From Aplysia californica (lineage: Eukaryota), in assembly GCF_000002075.1 (NCBI RefSeq), contig NW_004797311.1:673968-737967 (forward strand): a DNA stretch of 64,000 nucleotides, read 5' to 3'. A program made the position numbers and the translations under genes. Of this stretch, positions 1-14,950 are shown piece after piece (the first letter of the stretch is position 1; every line of letters starts with the position of its first letter). Under the pieces are notes generated by a model. That model searched no databases and was not told the origin of the DNA. It saw only the letters and a program-made list of their open reading frames with translations.

Positions 1-47
1 TACTATGTTGATCAAAAGCTAGAAATTTTCCAGACATTTGCACTCAC

Positions 48-225
48 CACTATAGGGATGTGCATGAAGATTGGGTTCCATGAGGCGATCATTCTCTGAA
101 AAAATGGCTTCTCGCTCCAATCTCAAGCATTCCTGCATCCTTCGGTTCTCATTCGAAAGAGCCAATCTCTTCTGACGCTCCTTGCAACTCGAAATGAATG
201 TTTGATTACGGGCGAGAAATGCCTC
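48..225 (-). CDS. ALMS1: ALMS1-like exon encoding the first half of the ALMS motif
   Basis: Acceptor ttgcag at 226-231 and donor gtgag at 47-43; encodes EAFLARNQTFISSCKERQKRLALSNENRRMQECLRLEREAIFSE. Confidence 0.85.
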
Positions 226-3200
226 CTGCAAAGTGAAAAAAAAGGGGTGATAATTTTGTTGACAAGGTAGGAAGGTGTATGGACACATGTCCATGCATGC
301 ATTTCTATGTTTGATGCTGTACTAACCACAAAAAAGTCATTCTGAAAAGGGGGGGGAAGACATTTGGTCAAGTGGTTGGCGAACAGAAAAAGGAAGAATG
401 CTGAGACAAAACAACAGACTTTATTCCACTATTTGAGTGGTTGCACTTCCTATTGATCTGCAGAGGGTTTCTTCTACTTGCTGGCCAAAAACTAACTGGG
501 GACGCGATTGATACCGGATGCAACCACAGTAAATATTAGTGAGGAGAACTTTATGAAACATACCCCCCCTCGCCCTGATAAAACTGCATGTAACAGAGGG
601 CAGGATTCAACAATATAAGGAGATCTCTAGGGTACACATGCATACTTAACAGGCCATCACAATAGGCAAGTTTCAGTTCTCTGTGGCATAATACAGAGGA
701 GGAAAAGAGCGGAACAAAGTGCATGCCTCATATTTTAACCTCAGTGAAAAGTCTCAATGTAAGGGCTCTGCCTTACCTGTAGGGTCATTTTTTCAATTGG
801 CTTCTTCTCACGCCAGGTCTGTCCAGCTTCACTGGCAGTGTCACTTGCTGGCTTGTTGAGAATATACTGGACCCTGTCCATCAGAGGATCCACTTCCCAG
901 TGGTTCGTCTTGCTGGCAAGAGCATCTCGACTAACCATTTCTGCCCACTGCTGCCGTGGGATTCCCGCAGGGTGGTCCCACTTATGCCAGATATCTGCCC
1001 CCTGCCGGTCAGCCCTTGGCTCAACATCTGTGTCTGTGTTTTCATCTGGCAGGCTCGGCCCATGGGACACTTCCGGCTGTCGGTTGCACTCTGTCAAGGG
1101 CATTCCATCTCGCACACGTTCTGCCTGCCTCTGTGGGCCAGTGGTGGGCTCCTTCCACTGACTGGGATGAGTGTTCATTGGAATGTGCCAGGCAACACCG
1201 CCACAGCTTGGTGTTTCTGAAATATGATACATTGGGTGTTACAGTAATGGAATAAGTAACAAACAAGCAAAAAAGAGATGCAAGAGTATAAAATACACTA
1301 CATCCATATACTTCCCCTCGGGCCTGACATGGTAGCTACAGATTGGACAAAGGAGTTAGTCAATGGGACAAATGACTATATTATAATCACTTTAACATCC
1401 TAGGCAATAAATGAGAAAATAGTTTCAACTACAACAACTTAAAGCTTGCGAAGAGAAACACCACACTATAATCATTTGTGCATGACATCATAATCATTTA
1501 TATTGACGTCTGCCTTTCGTATTGAACACCTCCTTCTTTTTTTCATCCTTCAATGGTCCATGTTCTACAGCACATTTGTTAAAATTAATGACACAATCTA
1601 AATTATACTACGGGAAAGGGAGACAACTAGAAATGGTGTTTACCAAGCTACATAAACAAATTTGAATATAAATCTTAATATTTGCTTTTTTACAAAGCAA
1701 GGTCAAATTCTCACCCTGTCTCCTTGGTCGTACATTCTCTGACCCTGTTCGCAGCTTAGCCACTCCAGCACGTCGATTTGATCTCTTCTCCTTCAAATTT
1801 TGAGAGGGAGACAAGGAACGGGGACGATGAGCAATTCCTCTTCCAGATGGACTTTTACTTTGACTATGGCGATTTGCTGGACTTCTGCTTTGATCATATC
1901 TCGAAGGAGAGAAGCTGCTGCCACGATTTTTCTGTCGACTCTGTTGAGCTGACCTGGGAGACTCTGGCACTGAAATCACAGGTCGTTCACGTGAATTTGG
2001 AGACCGGGAGTGGGAACCATAAGCAGCTGAGTTAGGACGTACCAAACCACGACTCTGCCTTGAGCTGCTACTGTGAGATCTTCCTTCCACTGAAGTTGCT
2101 CCAAACCTTTTCCCTGTGTTGTTCCCATCAGGAAACCTGCCTTGAATCTTCTCCCCTGGCAAAGATGAGCTCACAGAGGGAGACTGCTTCAGCTTGCCGT
2201 TGTGACGATAGACATTCCCATTGAAAGAGTCATCTCTAGAGTAAGGGGAATATAATCTGTGAAGCCTCTCATTGTGATTCATATTAGTATTTGGTACGTT
2301 TCTTGGGACAAATTCCTCATCCTGTGAAGAACCTCCCTGGGCAGAAGCCCTCTCCAGTGCCAGTCTGTAGGCCTCTTGGGGGCTGAGGAGACCTTCCGTC
2401 ACCAGCTGCAACAACTTTATTTCTGACATCTGCCCATTTGCTTGTCTGCCACCAGACTTGAACTGGTTGTGTCTAGACTCCATATTGCTCCTATCCTTCG
2501 CGACTTTCAGCTGTTTTATCTCACGGAGTCTTTCTCTTTCAGCTGCTTTCATTTCTTTGATTCTTTTTTCCTTCTCCGCCTTCCATCGATGCATTTCTGC
2601 ACTGCTGTCTTTGGCAGTAGTACTGTCATCAGAGAGAGCTGAGGAATTATGTCCATTATTGATATCTCTTGTGCCATCCTGGGAGTTGTCAGATACCGGT
2701 GAGGTAGACGAGATTTCTTCCAGCTGCATTTCCAGAGTTCCATCACTAATCTCTCCTTTTTGCTTGGCAGACAGAAGACTCTCCAGTTTCTTTAACTTGT
2801 CTATACGCTGGAGTTCTCTCAGTGTACTTTTGTCAATCTTCCCTTTTTGTTTGGAAATCCGATCTCTCAATTTTTTCATGTTGGGATCAATGATGTGCTG
2901 CTGACGATGAGGCTTAGCTTTCTGGGCCTTTGAGGGTGAATTTGATTTTGTCGGTGACTGCTCAAAGCTGGCATCTTCTGGAATAGAAAACAGACTGTCT
3001 GGGACATTTTCAGGATTCAGTGCATCTTGTGCACTTTCACCTCGGACTTTCCCTGTCTCTACTTGACCTTGAACTTTTCCCACCTCTCCAGATTTTCCTT
3101 TCTTCTTCTTTGTTGCTCTCCTTTTTTGCCTCTCCTCCTCCTTGCTGGCAAGTATTTGGGCATAGCTGCCGTTAAGATCATCTTCGCTGGAACTATGTCT

Positions 3201-6200
3201 AGACTGATGAAGCTTCTTCTGCTCTTGGAGCCTACGATCGCGATCTTGTTGTGCTCTCTCTTGTCTCTCCACACGGTACTGGTCGCGTTCCTTGAGGTAC
3301 TGCTGCACCATGTGTTGGGTGGGGTTGCGCAGCAGGTCAGCAACAGCCTCCATCCTTGAGCTGTTCATGGAACTGTCGAATGACTCATTCACGGCCTTGA
3401 ACTGCTCCCACAAAGCATTGATATCTGGCCGGACGTCTGGCTCATGGTTTTGGTGCAGCGCATGCCTCAGGAGTTGTGCCCTCTTACTGACGGGCTCCCT
3501 GTCCAAGTCAGTGTCCACCTCGCTCTCCGAGCTCATGCCCTCCAGAGTGAGCTCTACAAACCTGGAAGGAAACATGAAAATGTAGCATGAAAGACAGAAC
3601 TACAATCATGATATTTACAAAGCATACATCTTTACTCGAATGTAAGCTTTAAGCATGTAACATATTATTACACAAGCCTTTTATTTTTTTGAGTGCCTGG
3701 CTAGATTAAATGGGTAGATGACTAATGGTTCTGGCAGGCTCACCAAGTAATCAGTAATAAATGTGTCTCAGCCAGGATACTTCTCCATCCATGGTTCCCA
3801 GATATCCAAATGAGTTTGATAACGGCAAGCATCAATTGATAATAAATCTGAGACAGAAGTATGGGAAATAGTTCTGACATGTAAAAGGAAATGAATTCCA
3901 GCTGGCAAAAATTTGTTCTTCTGCATGCTGACTTTGTGAGTCTCAAAACAATATTACGGCAAGGCCATCTCAATTGAAGAGAAGCTACACTGAGGCTGAA
4001 TTATATCTTATTTAAGATAAACATAAATTAGAGAACAGGAAAAGGGTCTTAGTGAAATGTGTCACTTTACTTGGTTTGGTTAAAATAAAATGCAATGTCA
4101 TAGTCATAGTGACAGGAAAAGTACAGTTATACATCATTTAGTTCTTAATGACTTTATAAAAGTGCACAACAATGTAATAAACAGTGTGCAATAACAAGCC
4201 TCACATATCTTCCAAATTCACAAAAATACAGCAAAACAGGTACCTTTTTGGAGAAGAAACAGCTGCCTTTTTCTGTCTGGATTGTCCCTGCTCTCTGTGA
4301 CTCCGGTCTGGATCAGCCAAAATTCTAAGCGGGGGGGAAATAAACATGAAGAAAACACTCTTTTAAAAAATTGACCAATTTTGCCACCCACATACCTTTT
4401 CGATTGTAATTCTTTGAGCTTTAAGAAAGAAAAGTCTGTTATTTTCAAGCAAAAAAAGAGAAACCAGCATTTAGAGCAAGAATCAAGACTCACAGAAAAC
4501 TTAATTACAGCAACATATAGACCCACAGGACAACTATTACAAAATATTAGTAATGGCTTGTCTATTTTAAAACAAGCATAAATGAGAAGAAAGATAACTG
4601 AGTAAAAACTTTTTCCCCCCCCCTCAAAAGCGTTCTACAAATTGGCCCCCTTGCAATTCATTGTAAAACAGATATAGTATGCCTTCTACATCACTTTGCA
4701 TTACATTTCGACCACCACACCAACATAAGTGTCCATAAATATTCCATCATAATGCACTCACCTTCGACTTGGGCTCGGTGATGACTGCCTCACTGCGACA
4801 TCATCTCGTACTCTCAAGATCGGAGAATGAGCACGGTCTTCATGGCTCCTAGAGCGTAAACTCGGAGGGCTACTAGGTCTGGCAAACAGGTTTTCTGTTC
4901 TGTGCAGTCGTGGGGATGAACTACGATCTCGGGCCAGAAATGTTGGAGGAGGAGACAGACTCCTAGCCAAGTCACGTTCTCTCATTGGGCGATGCTCAGG
5001 GTAGTACGAAGGAGGTTGGGCAAGGGAATCCTTCAGATCTCGGCTCAATAGTGGAGACCTACCCTCTATTGCATTTCTCAGATCAGGTGAAAGTGCACGT
5101 CTGAAGGCAGGGGACAAACGAGCTTGTCGAACGGGGGAGTACAAGTTATCATCAGAATGAGATCGAGGTCGAACCTGGGTCAGTTGTTCTGGAGAGTACC
5201 TATGTGGAGAAGGAGACCTACGTCTTGGTAGAGAAGAATATTGACCCACTTCATCATTGTCAAATCGACTTCTACGGTCCGATCCAAGAAAAGGTCTGCT
5301 ACTTGCCGCAGTGGGCAGAAAGTCTTCAGGTATCCTCGACTGTTTCATTGTTGTTGGCTCTGCCCATCTCTGTCTGTCATATGCGTTTGACTCATTTGTG
5401 TCTTCATACTTCATCTGAATCCTCAGGGACAGTGGCTCCGATGGCTGATCATCTACTTCCTGTAACGGGGACTCCCGGCTGCTGATAAATGCATCAGAGG
5501 GAAGAGTATACGGCTCTCTTAATCCAATGTATTTGAAGTCCGAATCAGGACTTTGATCTTTTGTTCTGTCTGGTACTCTGAACTCTCCCCTTGTATGATC
5601 TTGTCCACCAAAAGACTGGCCTCCATTACCCACACCATGACTGGGGTTTGACCCACTGCGCTGTCTCTCCTCTTCTCTATTCTCCCATCGGGCATTTCTC
5701 CTTGCAGCCTCAACAGAAGGTGATGGACCACTCTTTGGCTCTCTGATTTCTGTATGCACGTTGATGGAGATCCCATCATCTTTATCAGTTCTTGGTTTGG
5801 AAGTCTTCTGTGCAGCACTGTATTCTTTGTCACGCCCCCTGTCACTAGAAGTTTCAGGTCTGGAAGAGATTCCCTGACTCCGTGGTCCGTTCCCAGGAAC
5901 AGTAGCAGATCTAGCTTCAGAGCTTCTGTCCCCTTTCCAGGAAGGAGATTCCTGCTCTCGCTCATCCTGCATGAATAAGAGAAACAAATAAACATCCATG
6001 ATGCATTAGGTTAAAAACAATAAATTTACTCAACTCCTCAGTAGCATAACACAATATATATTGCTATAAGGAACAACACATAAAAATCAAACGTCTATAA
6101 TGTTGCATATTAAAAAATCATGTTATGATTCACAACCATACAAGCCGAATTCATTTAGATACAGAATGCTTAAGCCAAAAATATCTACATTATCTGATCA

Positions 6201-8564
6201 GTTTGGTTTTTAACTTATCAAATTTATAAACCACAAAAACTTTTCATGATCTCACCTATGACAGAAAAAGTGAACCAAAAAAACCCAACCATTAGTAGAT
6301 GTAACAAGAAACTAATCAAAAGAGGTCAGGAAAAAAAAAGAAAAGAAAATACAGCAGCACAGCATTCCGAGAAACTTAAATATAAACAGCAATCATATAT
6401 AGCATTTTTCAGGACTCTAGTTCTTTAATGAATAGGAACAAAGACAATATAAAGAAACAAGACTTACAATTCCAGATTTTTCCTGGATGGTAGGAAGTTC
6501 AGAATTTTCTTGTACTGTAGAGAGAGGTTTTTTAGCACCATAAATACCAGCTACGTTTGGCGCATCTCTCCGACTTCCCAACACATTTGATGGTAGGCTG
6601 GGACCTCTTGCATCATCAGAACCTGAGGAAAAATACAGTCAAGCTGTTAGAACCTGTACAAATAAAAACTAAATTTTGAAAAACATAAGATTTACACCAA
6701 TGTGGAAAAAATAATAATTTCTAAGCTGGATTTTAAAATTCAACCCACTCACCAATAAAGGTTTTTAGATATAAAAAAACTCGTTGAGACATTAAATGCA
6801 GCTTCATTGAGTACAAAACATTTAATCTGTATGTTGCAGTGTTTTGAAAAATTAGCAAAGAACTGCTGTCAAACAAAACCTGCCTTTTATGAGACACCAA
6901 GCCTACTACATATAATACACATTTTAAAAAAATAAAAAAAATACACAGCCTTCAATTAAAAGTATTTACACATACTTTTAATGTCAGTATATTTCTTTCC
7001 TGAACGTAAGTTTGAAAAGTAAGAAAACAAGGAAGCTTCAAAGTAAGACAAGAAATGCCACATGATATGATAACAAGACCAATGCAACCTGGTGCACACT
7101 ATGGTGACTCAAGCCTTTATGAAGCAACGTTCAGATGTGTACAACATTTTGAGAGATGTATTTTATAAGAGACTACAATCATGTATGATACAATAGCTAT
7201 CAAAGATTCAAAAAACAATTCTGCATTAGGATTGCTCATTTACCAATGTGTGTGCTCTCCATGGTAGTGACACTGTCTGTCACTGAGGCTGTGTCACTCT
7301 CTGTGTAGTATACTTCCTTGGACCCAGCAGGACTGAAATAAAAGAAACAGAGAAATAGAAAACTAATACAGTCGAACCTGTGTCAAGGAGAAAAGTGGCC
7401 GTATAAGACAGGTGGCCGTCTTAGGCAGGACTGGTCAAGATGAAGAAAACAAAACATTCCTATCTGAGAAAACAAACCCTTCCTTTCTGAGGTCTCAATT
7501 GAAGGTAGTTGCATTGTTGTTGTTATTTTTGTTGTTGTTGTTTTCGCTGGGTTTTTTTTTCTATTGTTGCTGCTTTTGTCACGGGTGACAATAACAGGAA
7601 ATGTGTCAGACGAGAAAGACCAAGTGCTATGGTAAAACAAACACATGGGTCGCCACCACACGGAGAAGAGCGACGCTTCTGTCACAAGTTCATGTTGACG
7701 TCCTTTGTTACTTTGTTACAGACTGGGTAAACAGTGATCACTCATCTCACTTACGATTTGTGTATGGGTTCTGGGCAGGGCTTATGGGTTATGAGGGATC
7801 ACACGCTTCCCTCCCCAGCAGCTGAAAATTAATTTTGTTACCTATTGGTCAACAGTGGGAGGGGCCTACGCAACATGATCAGTTGGAGGGACTACCTAAC
7901 AACGACAGGTTTTTAGATTATGACGGCTCGCCCACAACGTCAGGGGCCAATGCTTGATTTATGACAAAGCGTAATGGAGTCACTAAGGTGGCCGTCTAAG
8001 ACAGGTGTTATTGCTTAGTGTGATAGGAGTTGTGTGTTGAAATATGGTGGCCGTGGCCGCGTTGGACAGGTGCCCGTTTTACACAGTTAAATTATATAGA
8101 AAAAACGCAAGGGGGGAAATGGAAAGTGTCCGTTTGTACAGGTGGCCGTCTTATAGAGGTGGCCGTCAGGGCAGGTTTGACTGTATTTATCATAGTTAAA
8201 ACTTTGGTTTTTTCACAATGAAACTTTTTATCACTTTATGTTCACATTTATAGAAAATGAACGTAAGAGCATGAAGGGAAAAACATAAACCATTCCTCAT
8301 TTCAACAATGTGCCACACACGTAGAAAAAAAAGAGTGAAACTGCATGTCATACCACCATCTGTACACATTAATAGCAATAGACCTGCCTTATGTCCAGAA
8401 GCTGACATTGTAAACATCCCTTTACTAGCAATGTTCATGCAGTATTAAAGTGTTTCTTGAACTGTCAACACTAACAAAAATGAGAAACTAAGCACAAGCC
8501 TGACATGCCTTGACAAAAAAATAAATTTATTCCCAGGTTTTATCTTAACCAAGCATTCTTGCAC

Positions 8565-8595
<31 letters not shown>

Positions 8596-11500
8596 AGGAT
8601 TCTATCACCAAAGAATACTAGGAACAAAAAAGAGGGTAAGGATCAGGTCAAAACAGCACATTAATTTTGGACTATTCATAGTCATAGAAAATGTTACCTA
8701 CCGATAGGGCCTGTACTTTTCCCTTGTTAGGTGGCCAGCCCCTGAGTCTGAGTCATTGGGAGATTGGTTGCTGTTGTTGCCTTGGTCTGGATCTAGTACA
8801 CAAATAAATATTGAACAATCCAATGGGAAAACAAAAGTACTGAAAGATAGGTCTAGATCACTAAATCAAAAGAAAATCAAGACTGGCTTGACTATTTTCT
8901 GAAAAGGACTACGAGACCATTTCAGTTTGTGAAAAAAGAAACAGAAACCATCAAAATTGTACAATTACTAAAATTACCTTTTCATTAAAAGATGAGTCAT
9001 CGTCAACACTACAGATTACAATGACATTTAGCAGACAAGTGACAAAAGTGTTATACAATCATCCAAAAGTTAGAAATGTAACATGCTTACATTGCATTTT
9101 TGCAACCTTCACTGAATGGCAAATCACATTTGAGAATAGTCTTTGTGGAGGTCAAAGAACAACAGCTATGCACACACCAACCATTCCAAATTTAAGAAAA
9201 TTTTCTAGGAGTGCTCTCTATACATGTATGGATTTTCATACAGTTGTAAAGTCCCTTGAGAAATATTCCCCTCTAATACTGCCATTACCTGAATACAGAT
9301 CCTTCAACTGAGTGCTCGACTCTACTCTGTCCTCAGCTTGAAGTGGACTCCTCGGCCTAGAAGCATAAGCCAAAGTAATAGCTGTAATTATTTTAAGAGA
9401 AACAAGCGTTTTTTTGGACATGATACAAAGGCATGCATGTGAGTAAAGTTCAACAGGTGTACATTTTATGGATTAATTGCAAAGCTTAGAATAATGTACC
9501 AAATGATTTCCGAGAAGAAATTACTTGTCTCGCTATCAAACTACCATCACTGGCCCAGTCTCGCAGCCAGTAAGAACTCTGCACTACTCATTAATTTCAT
9601 CAATGATCCAAATGTCACTTTTGATGCAGCATCATTAATATCAAGGACCTTTAATAGAGACCAAAACATCAGCATACCTGCCAACAATGCTTGTTGCTTC
9701 TGTGTCTCCCTCAGGAGATGTAGCTACTTGCTCCTCTGTGGGTTTATCATTGTCCTTGTTACCCCGGTCTTCATCCCTAAACAAAGGGTAACATTGAATG
9801 GTCTGAGGTGGAACTTGCAACTCGAGGCTATGATTGAATGTTCTCTCAGATACTTTTGCCATCTGGGAGGACAAAAATTTTGTCATGTCCTCAAATGCTG
9901 TGAAGCCCTTCACAGGAGGCATGGCGAAAGAGGACTTTTCAAACACTCGACTTGAGTCTACAGAACTCAGGCCAGACAGGTCAAGTCGTTTGCGCACATC
10001 GTCTGGGAAAGTCACAGTGTGGTTGCTATCGTCTAGATTGCCAGAGCCAGAAACAAAGTTAAAATCATTTTTCTGTAAGCCAAGTGCATACCTTGTTTTC
10101 ATATTTTTTTCCTCTGCACTAACATCAGACAAAATACCACGAGCCTGAGAATTTGGGTCCTGATTTGTCAAAATACGATAAACTTTGTCAGCCAACCCTT
10201 GGTTGTTCAACTGTTCATATCGAGACTCTAGTTGTCTCCTTTGGTCTCGGAAGCTGGACAAGACTTCATCCACATCTTTCGACGACTGAAGCTGGTGTGT
10301 CGTAGGGAGTAAAATTTCTGACATGTCAGCAAGAACTTGGTCCGCAGCTGCATGATCATCAAGCTTAGAACTACTCCCCGATGTCCTTGTCTCATCTCCA
10401 TCGGAATTATAAGACTGCTTTTCTGTGGAGGGTCTATGAGAGTTCGAAGTGTAGGTGTCTAAAGAAATCTCTCCCATCAAGCCACCTGGGTCAACATAGC
10501 CAAGGTCAGCAGCAAAGTCCCAAGTCATTTTGTTCTTTCTTCTCTCCGGGGTTGTTGTTGTGCTGGGAATTATATCACCATCATTGTCAGACAAAACAGG
10601 CATTCTTCCATCCACCTCGTCCCTTGCCGAAGCGTTACTCTTGTTTGCAGTGGTTTCTGGACCCAGGGTGCGATGCAAGCTGTCTTGGATCTCCTGGAGG
10701 TCCTTTTGTAACATATTATAGTCCACATTAGCTGATTTGTGGGCATTGCTGACAGCCTCTAGATACTCTGTTTGCGACAAGACTTTCTCTACTCTTTTCC
10801 CCAGATGATCTTCATCAGACCTGTAACCAGAGCGTTTAGAACTTTGTGCATTCCTGTTATCATCTTTCTTCAAACCAATGCCATTGACAGGCTGCAGGCT
10901 AGACTTCTCAATCATTCGTCCCTCAACAATTTCCTGTGGAATGCCCATTAGCTTAGCCCTCTCCATGACAGACATGTACTGCAGATTCTCAGTATTCCTA
11001 TCAGAACTACCAGATGACTTCAGACCAAGGTGACTTGTTGGTCCACTCATGTGCCTGTCTCTAGCCTGAAGATCCAGCTCTGGACCTCGCATTGTTTGAT
11101 TCAAATCCGTGTCTCTCCTATATTCTTTGTTTAACTTGACAGGGCTGGGAGTTTGCTCTGACATGTGAGAAATTGTGGAGAAGTCTGTAGTCATGTCTGG
11201 TTTCAAGCATACAACTGTATTGGCACTGTCTGTGTAACTGTGGCTAGTGCTGAGACGAGCATTCCCTGAAGCAGACATTGGAGTTATAATGTTCAAGTCT
11301 GTGCTGTGTAACGGAGGGTTGAAAGAAATGGTCTTGGCATCCACTATTTTATTGTCGGAATTATGCATACGTGGAGAAGCGTTTGAGTCAGATTCTGTGC
11401 CATACGGATTCCAGTCAGTGTCTGATAAGCCAGTCCCAGTTTCCGGGTAGCGAGCATATGAGGCCATTCCATTGAGAAGTTTGAATTCTGTATCTGATGA

Positions 11501-14208
11501 TATGCGAGACTCATCACTGTCAACATTATAGTTCGATGCCTTCAAGCCAGAGAGGAAGTCTTTTGAAACCTCAGTGATAGCACTGTTGACAGCCTCATCA
11601 CATCCACTGTCATTCAACTCTTTGTTAATGATTGAAAGTGGTATCTCTTGGAGACTGGCACCTGAAATAAAGGATGCAATGAGATATAACTTACTCGGTG
11701 CATTCATTGAATTTATTTTACAATATTTTTCAACAGTGGGCATATCTTAGATGCACTCTCCTATCTAAAAAAAAAAAAAAGTTGTTTCTGACGGAGTGCC
11801 ATCATAAAGATTGTTTTAGTCCTGTTTTTCCACCGTAATGCATAACTTGAACATCAACACCATAAGAGTACCTGTACCCATAAAAAGTACAATTTAGGAA
11901 ATATGGACATTATTTGCTATCCTAAGTATTAACTATTATGAAGAGATTTGGAGTACCTTATGCTCTCATTCCTAGAGCCTTATTTCCATGATAAAGTGAA
12001 AAGTATATTTCTCCTCAGCAAATACAAGCATAATGCCTGTACTCTGTTATGCAATAAGAAACATTTCGTGGAAATGATAAACTTAATATTTATTTCATTA
12101 AACAAAAACAAACAAATTTAACAGTGTAAAATGAAAAATATGTGTGCAAGAACTTAATTTTCTGCAGAAGCAATAAATTTATTAAATTAAAAAATGTAAC
12201 TTGCACTCTTCATACCAAAAAAATTATCTTACCCAGCGAAATGCACTTATCATAATAAGAAAACCCCAAACAAAATGAACTCATTGACTTACATATGTCA
12301 AAGAAAGTATACGGACTTCCTTTACTGTACTGAGAATTTCTACAAACAGTCACCAAGCACAGGGGATATCTAACCCAATGCCAACAACAGATGATGAAAC
12401 TAGCGTTATGTATACTGTACACTTACATACTAGACTCAGAGCCAATAGAATATATTGAAGTACTACTGAGATGTTGGCACCACGTAATTGGGAACTTGCA
12501 AGAGAAATTTTGTATTAAGCACACAATCTATCACGTGGGCAGGCAGTGCAGTGGTCTTTACTTTCAATGCAAGCATTCAGCTGTGTTCAAGTGAATAAAA
12601 GGGAAATAAAAATAGCTTCAAGGCGCTGCTGTGACAAAACCAAATTTAAGTGCAACAGATTGAAAAATACAAAATACTCCATAAAGTCAATATTTTGTAC
12701 AAAAGTGTTGGTATTGGCAATAAGACAGAACTACGAAAAACGTTATTGTTAATTGTATAATTACCATCTGATTCTTCAGACTTCCAAGCCTCGTCATACA
12801 GCAACTCGTACTGGTGAGATGATGATGGATGACCATCTACATGAAGTCCCAACTCTTCATGCTGGAGAAAGAAATTTTAGACATTTCAGACAAAAAGGTA
12901 TAAGCTTAAATTTGGTCTCATCATGATGCTTACACAAAATATGGGTTGTATATTCAGCGCGCCAAGAAGTGGTTCCCCTGTGCCATGTGCCCGCTGATTC
13001 GGCGGGCCTATGATGAAGTCATTTTTAAATGTAATTTTCCACTTTATAAAGGGACAAAACGATGTCAAGACTAACCCTCATTGATATTACAGTAGTCTCC
13101 AGCAAATCTGAGTGCCATTTTCATTGTTTTGAAGAAGTGAAGCGTTGACGTTCTGAGTTGTGTTTCTGATTTTTTAACTTTTTTTGTTGCTTTTCGCAAT
13201 AGCATCCAAGAGACTAGCCTATCGACCTTCCTTATAAGCTGAAGAAGTTCTAGACGAAATTAATTATGAATGACTGTGACAGTGATTATAATTATTTCAA
13301 TGGAGTTTCTGAGTTAGGGGCTCTATGTGATGGGAGTACTAATTGGAGCAATTTTCCCCGGCACAGTTATGTAGCTCATAGCCGGCAGTGAAAGGGTTAA
13401 AAAGGGAACAGGTGAGAACTGAAAGGAGAGGAGATAAAAAATAAATGCACTATCTTGTTAATCATTTCACATGATAAGACTACCAAAGATCTCTTAAGTA
13501 GAAGAGGCAAAAAAATCACTTCTCTCATTCTAAGTGACTTACTTTAGACAAGCAGTGGTCATTATGAAAGCAATTTTCTTGTCAAGAAAGAAAAACTCTG
13601 TGACTATCCCAAGAGATAAGAAAAAGTAAACACAGCATTTCTGGTTGTTCCATTTTTAGTATTCTTAACAACAATGTGTTTTAACAATACAGGAAAATCT
13701 ATCTTTTTAGCATTCATCAAATGACAAACCCAAGCCACGCTGGTACCTGCCATGGCTGACTTGAACATAAAAAGAAGACAACCACATTTTAAAAAATGAC
13801 TTAGAGATGCTCAATTAATATAGGACATGATCATGATGGCATGGGGCCACACGGTTACGGACACGGAGGGAAAAAAGTCAAAGCAGGTTAGTAAAAAAAA
13901 CCCAAAAATCATAAAAACTAACACGATAGGAATACAGTATTCTTTTTTCATTTATCAAAACAAGCACTTCTAAGGGGGGAAAAAATGCTCACACTGGTGC
14001 CCATTTTAATTAATTTTTGCCATGATAAATTCAGCCTCCTATCAAGAGACGAGACACAATTGTTTTTAGGAAAAGACTGTTTCAAGTACTGCATACTCAC
14101 TGTTTGGGATATGTCCTCAATCCTCTGATTTGACTTGTCCATTTCATCAATAAGATGTTGCATCAAATTGAATTCTGACAAAGCTCCACTATGTGGAGGA
14201 CTGAGAGG
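48..14208 (-). CDS. ALMS1: ALMS1-like centrosome/basal-body protein (ALMS motif), multi-exon, partial at both ends
   Basis: Phase-consistent GT-AG exons on minus: 14101-14208, 12765-12861, 9678-11661, 9289-9356, 8702-8792, 7244-7332, 6468-6622, 4762-5966, 4244-4324, 1715-3561, 777-1216, 48-225 (about 2110 aa). Blocks resembling vertebrate ALMS1 (recalled, not searched): YRPAGSKEVYY..TTMESTHIGSDDARGPSLPSNVLGSR, INALWEQF..RMEAVADLLRNP, GVAWHIP and the ALMS motif start TLQEAFLARNQTFISSCKERQKRL..LRLEREAIF. Confidence 0.85.
1715..3561 (-). CDS. ALMS1: ALMS1-like large internal exon (coiled-coil, Ser/Arg-rich)
   Basis: Lies within the 655-aa ORF; phase-2 acceptor and phase-1 gtgag donor match the neighbouring exons. 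Confidence 0.85.
4762..5966 (-). CDS. ALMS1: ALMS1-like large internal exon (R-x-x-S-P rich)
   Basis: Lies within the 413-aa ORF; phase 0 in, phase 2 out (gtgagt). Confidence 0.85.
7369..8183. mobile_element. Tc1/mariner (pogo/Tigger-type) MITE
   Basis: TA|CAGTCGAACCTG ... CAGGTTTGACTG|TA with subterminal GGTGGCCGTC repeats. Confidence 0.8.
9678..11661 (-). CDS. ALMS1: ALMS1-like large internal exon
   Basis: Lies within the 700-aa ORF; acceptor tttcag, donor gtatgc, phases match the flanking exons. Confidence 0.85.
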
Positions 14209-14950
14209 CTAAAAATACAAAAACAAAAGAAATAATTTATGTACAAATAAGAGGCCAAACATTTTCTTCAACATTTCTATGCAAGCACAATGACAATTCA
14301 ATTAAACGTACCAAAGTGAAAATCTTATGAAAGCTGATTATCCTCCCACTACCCACAATGTCCCAGGTAAAAATCCAAAATTAACTACTGGAGGAGGAAA
14401 GCAGTACAAACCTTTCTGCTGAGAAGAGAAACCAGACAAGTACGTAGTATAGGACAGGAAAGCTATGATTCATCTGACCAAGAGAAAGTTGATTTATTTC
14501 AGTCTGTTGTATGAACTCAAACTCTCTCTGGCCTCGTAGACAAAAAAAGCATAAATTTTGGGTTGATATTCCATCCTCTGAAATTTGCACAGAGCATTTT
14601 ATGAGGCAGACGGATGGAAAGAGAAAGCAATAAATGGAAGGCAGGAGCAACACACAAGAAAGAAAGGAACATGTGTTAGTTTGGTGACTGGCTGAAACCT
14701 CAGTTACCTTTTAGCGACTTGCCCACCTTTTAAAACTCTTTACACTCGCCAAAACCCGTCTCAACAACTAAAGCTGAAAGTAGTTAATCACGGCAGAATT
14801 CTTTTTACTGCATTCTCATGTGATTCTGCTTTTGGCAAAGTTCAACAATTATAATAAATTTCAAATTGATAATTTAGGCTAAAGTCCAACTGTGAAAGCG
14901 CCTTCCTGTTCCCTCACCCTAAACCTAAACCAAATCCTTACCGACCTGTA

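Noticed and set aside
14310-14775. Extra ALMS1 exons bridging the phase mismatch
   Set aside because: Candidate acceptor/donor pairs contain stops or have weak donors; none could be supported.
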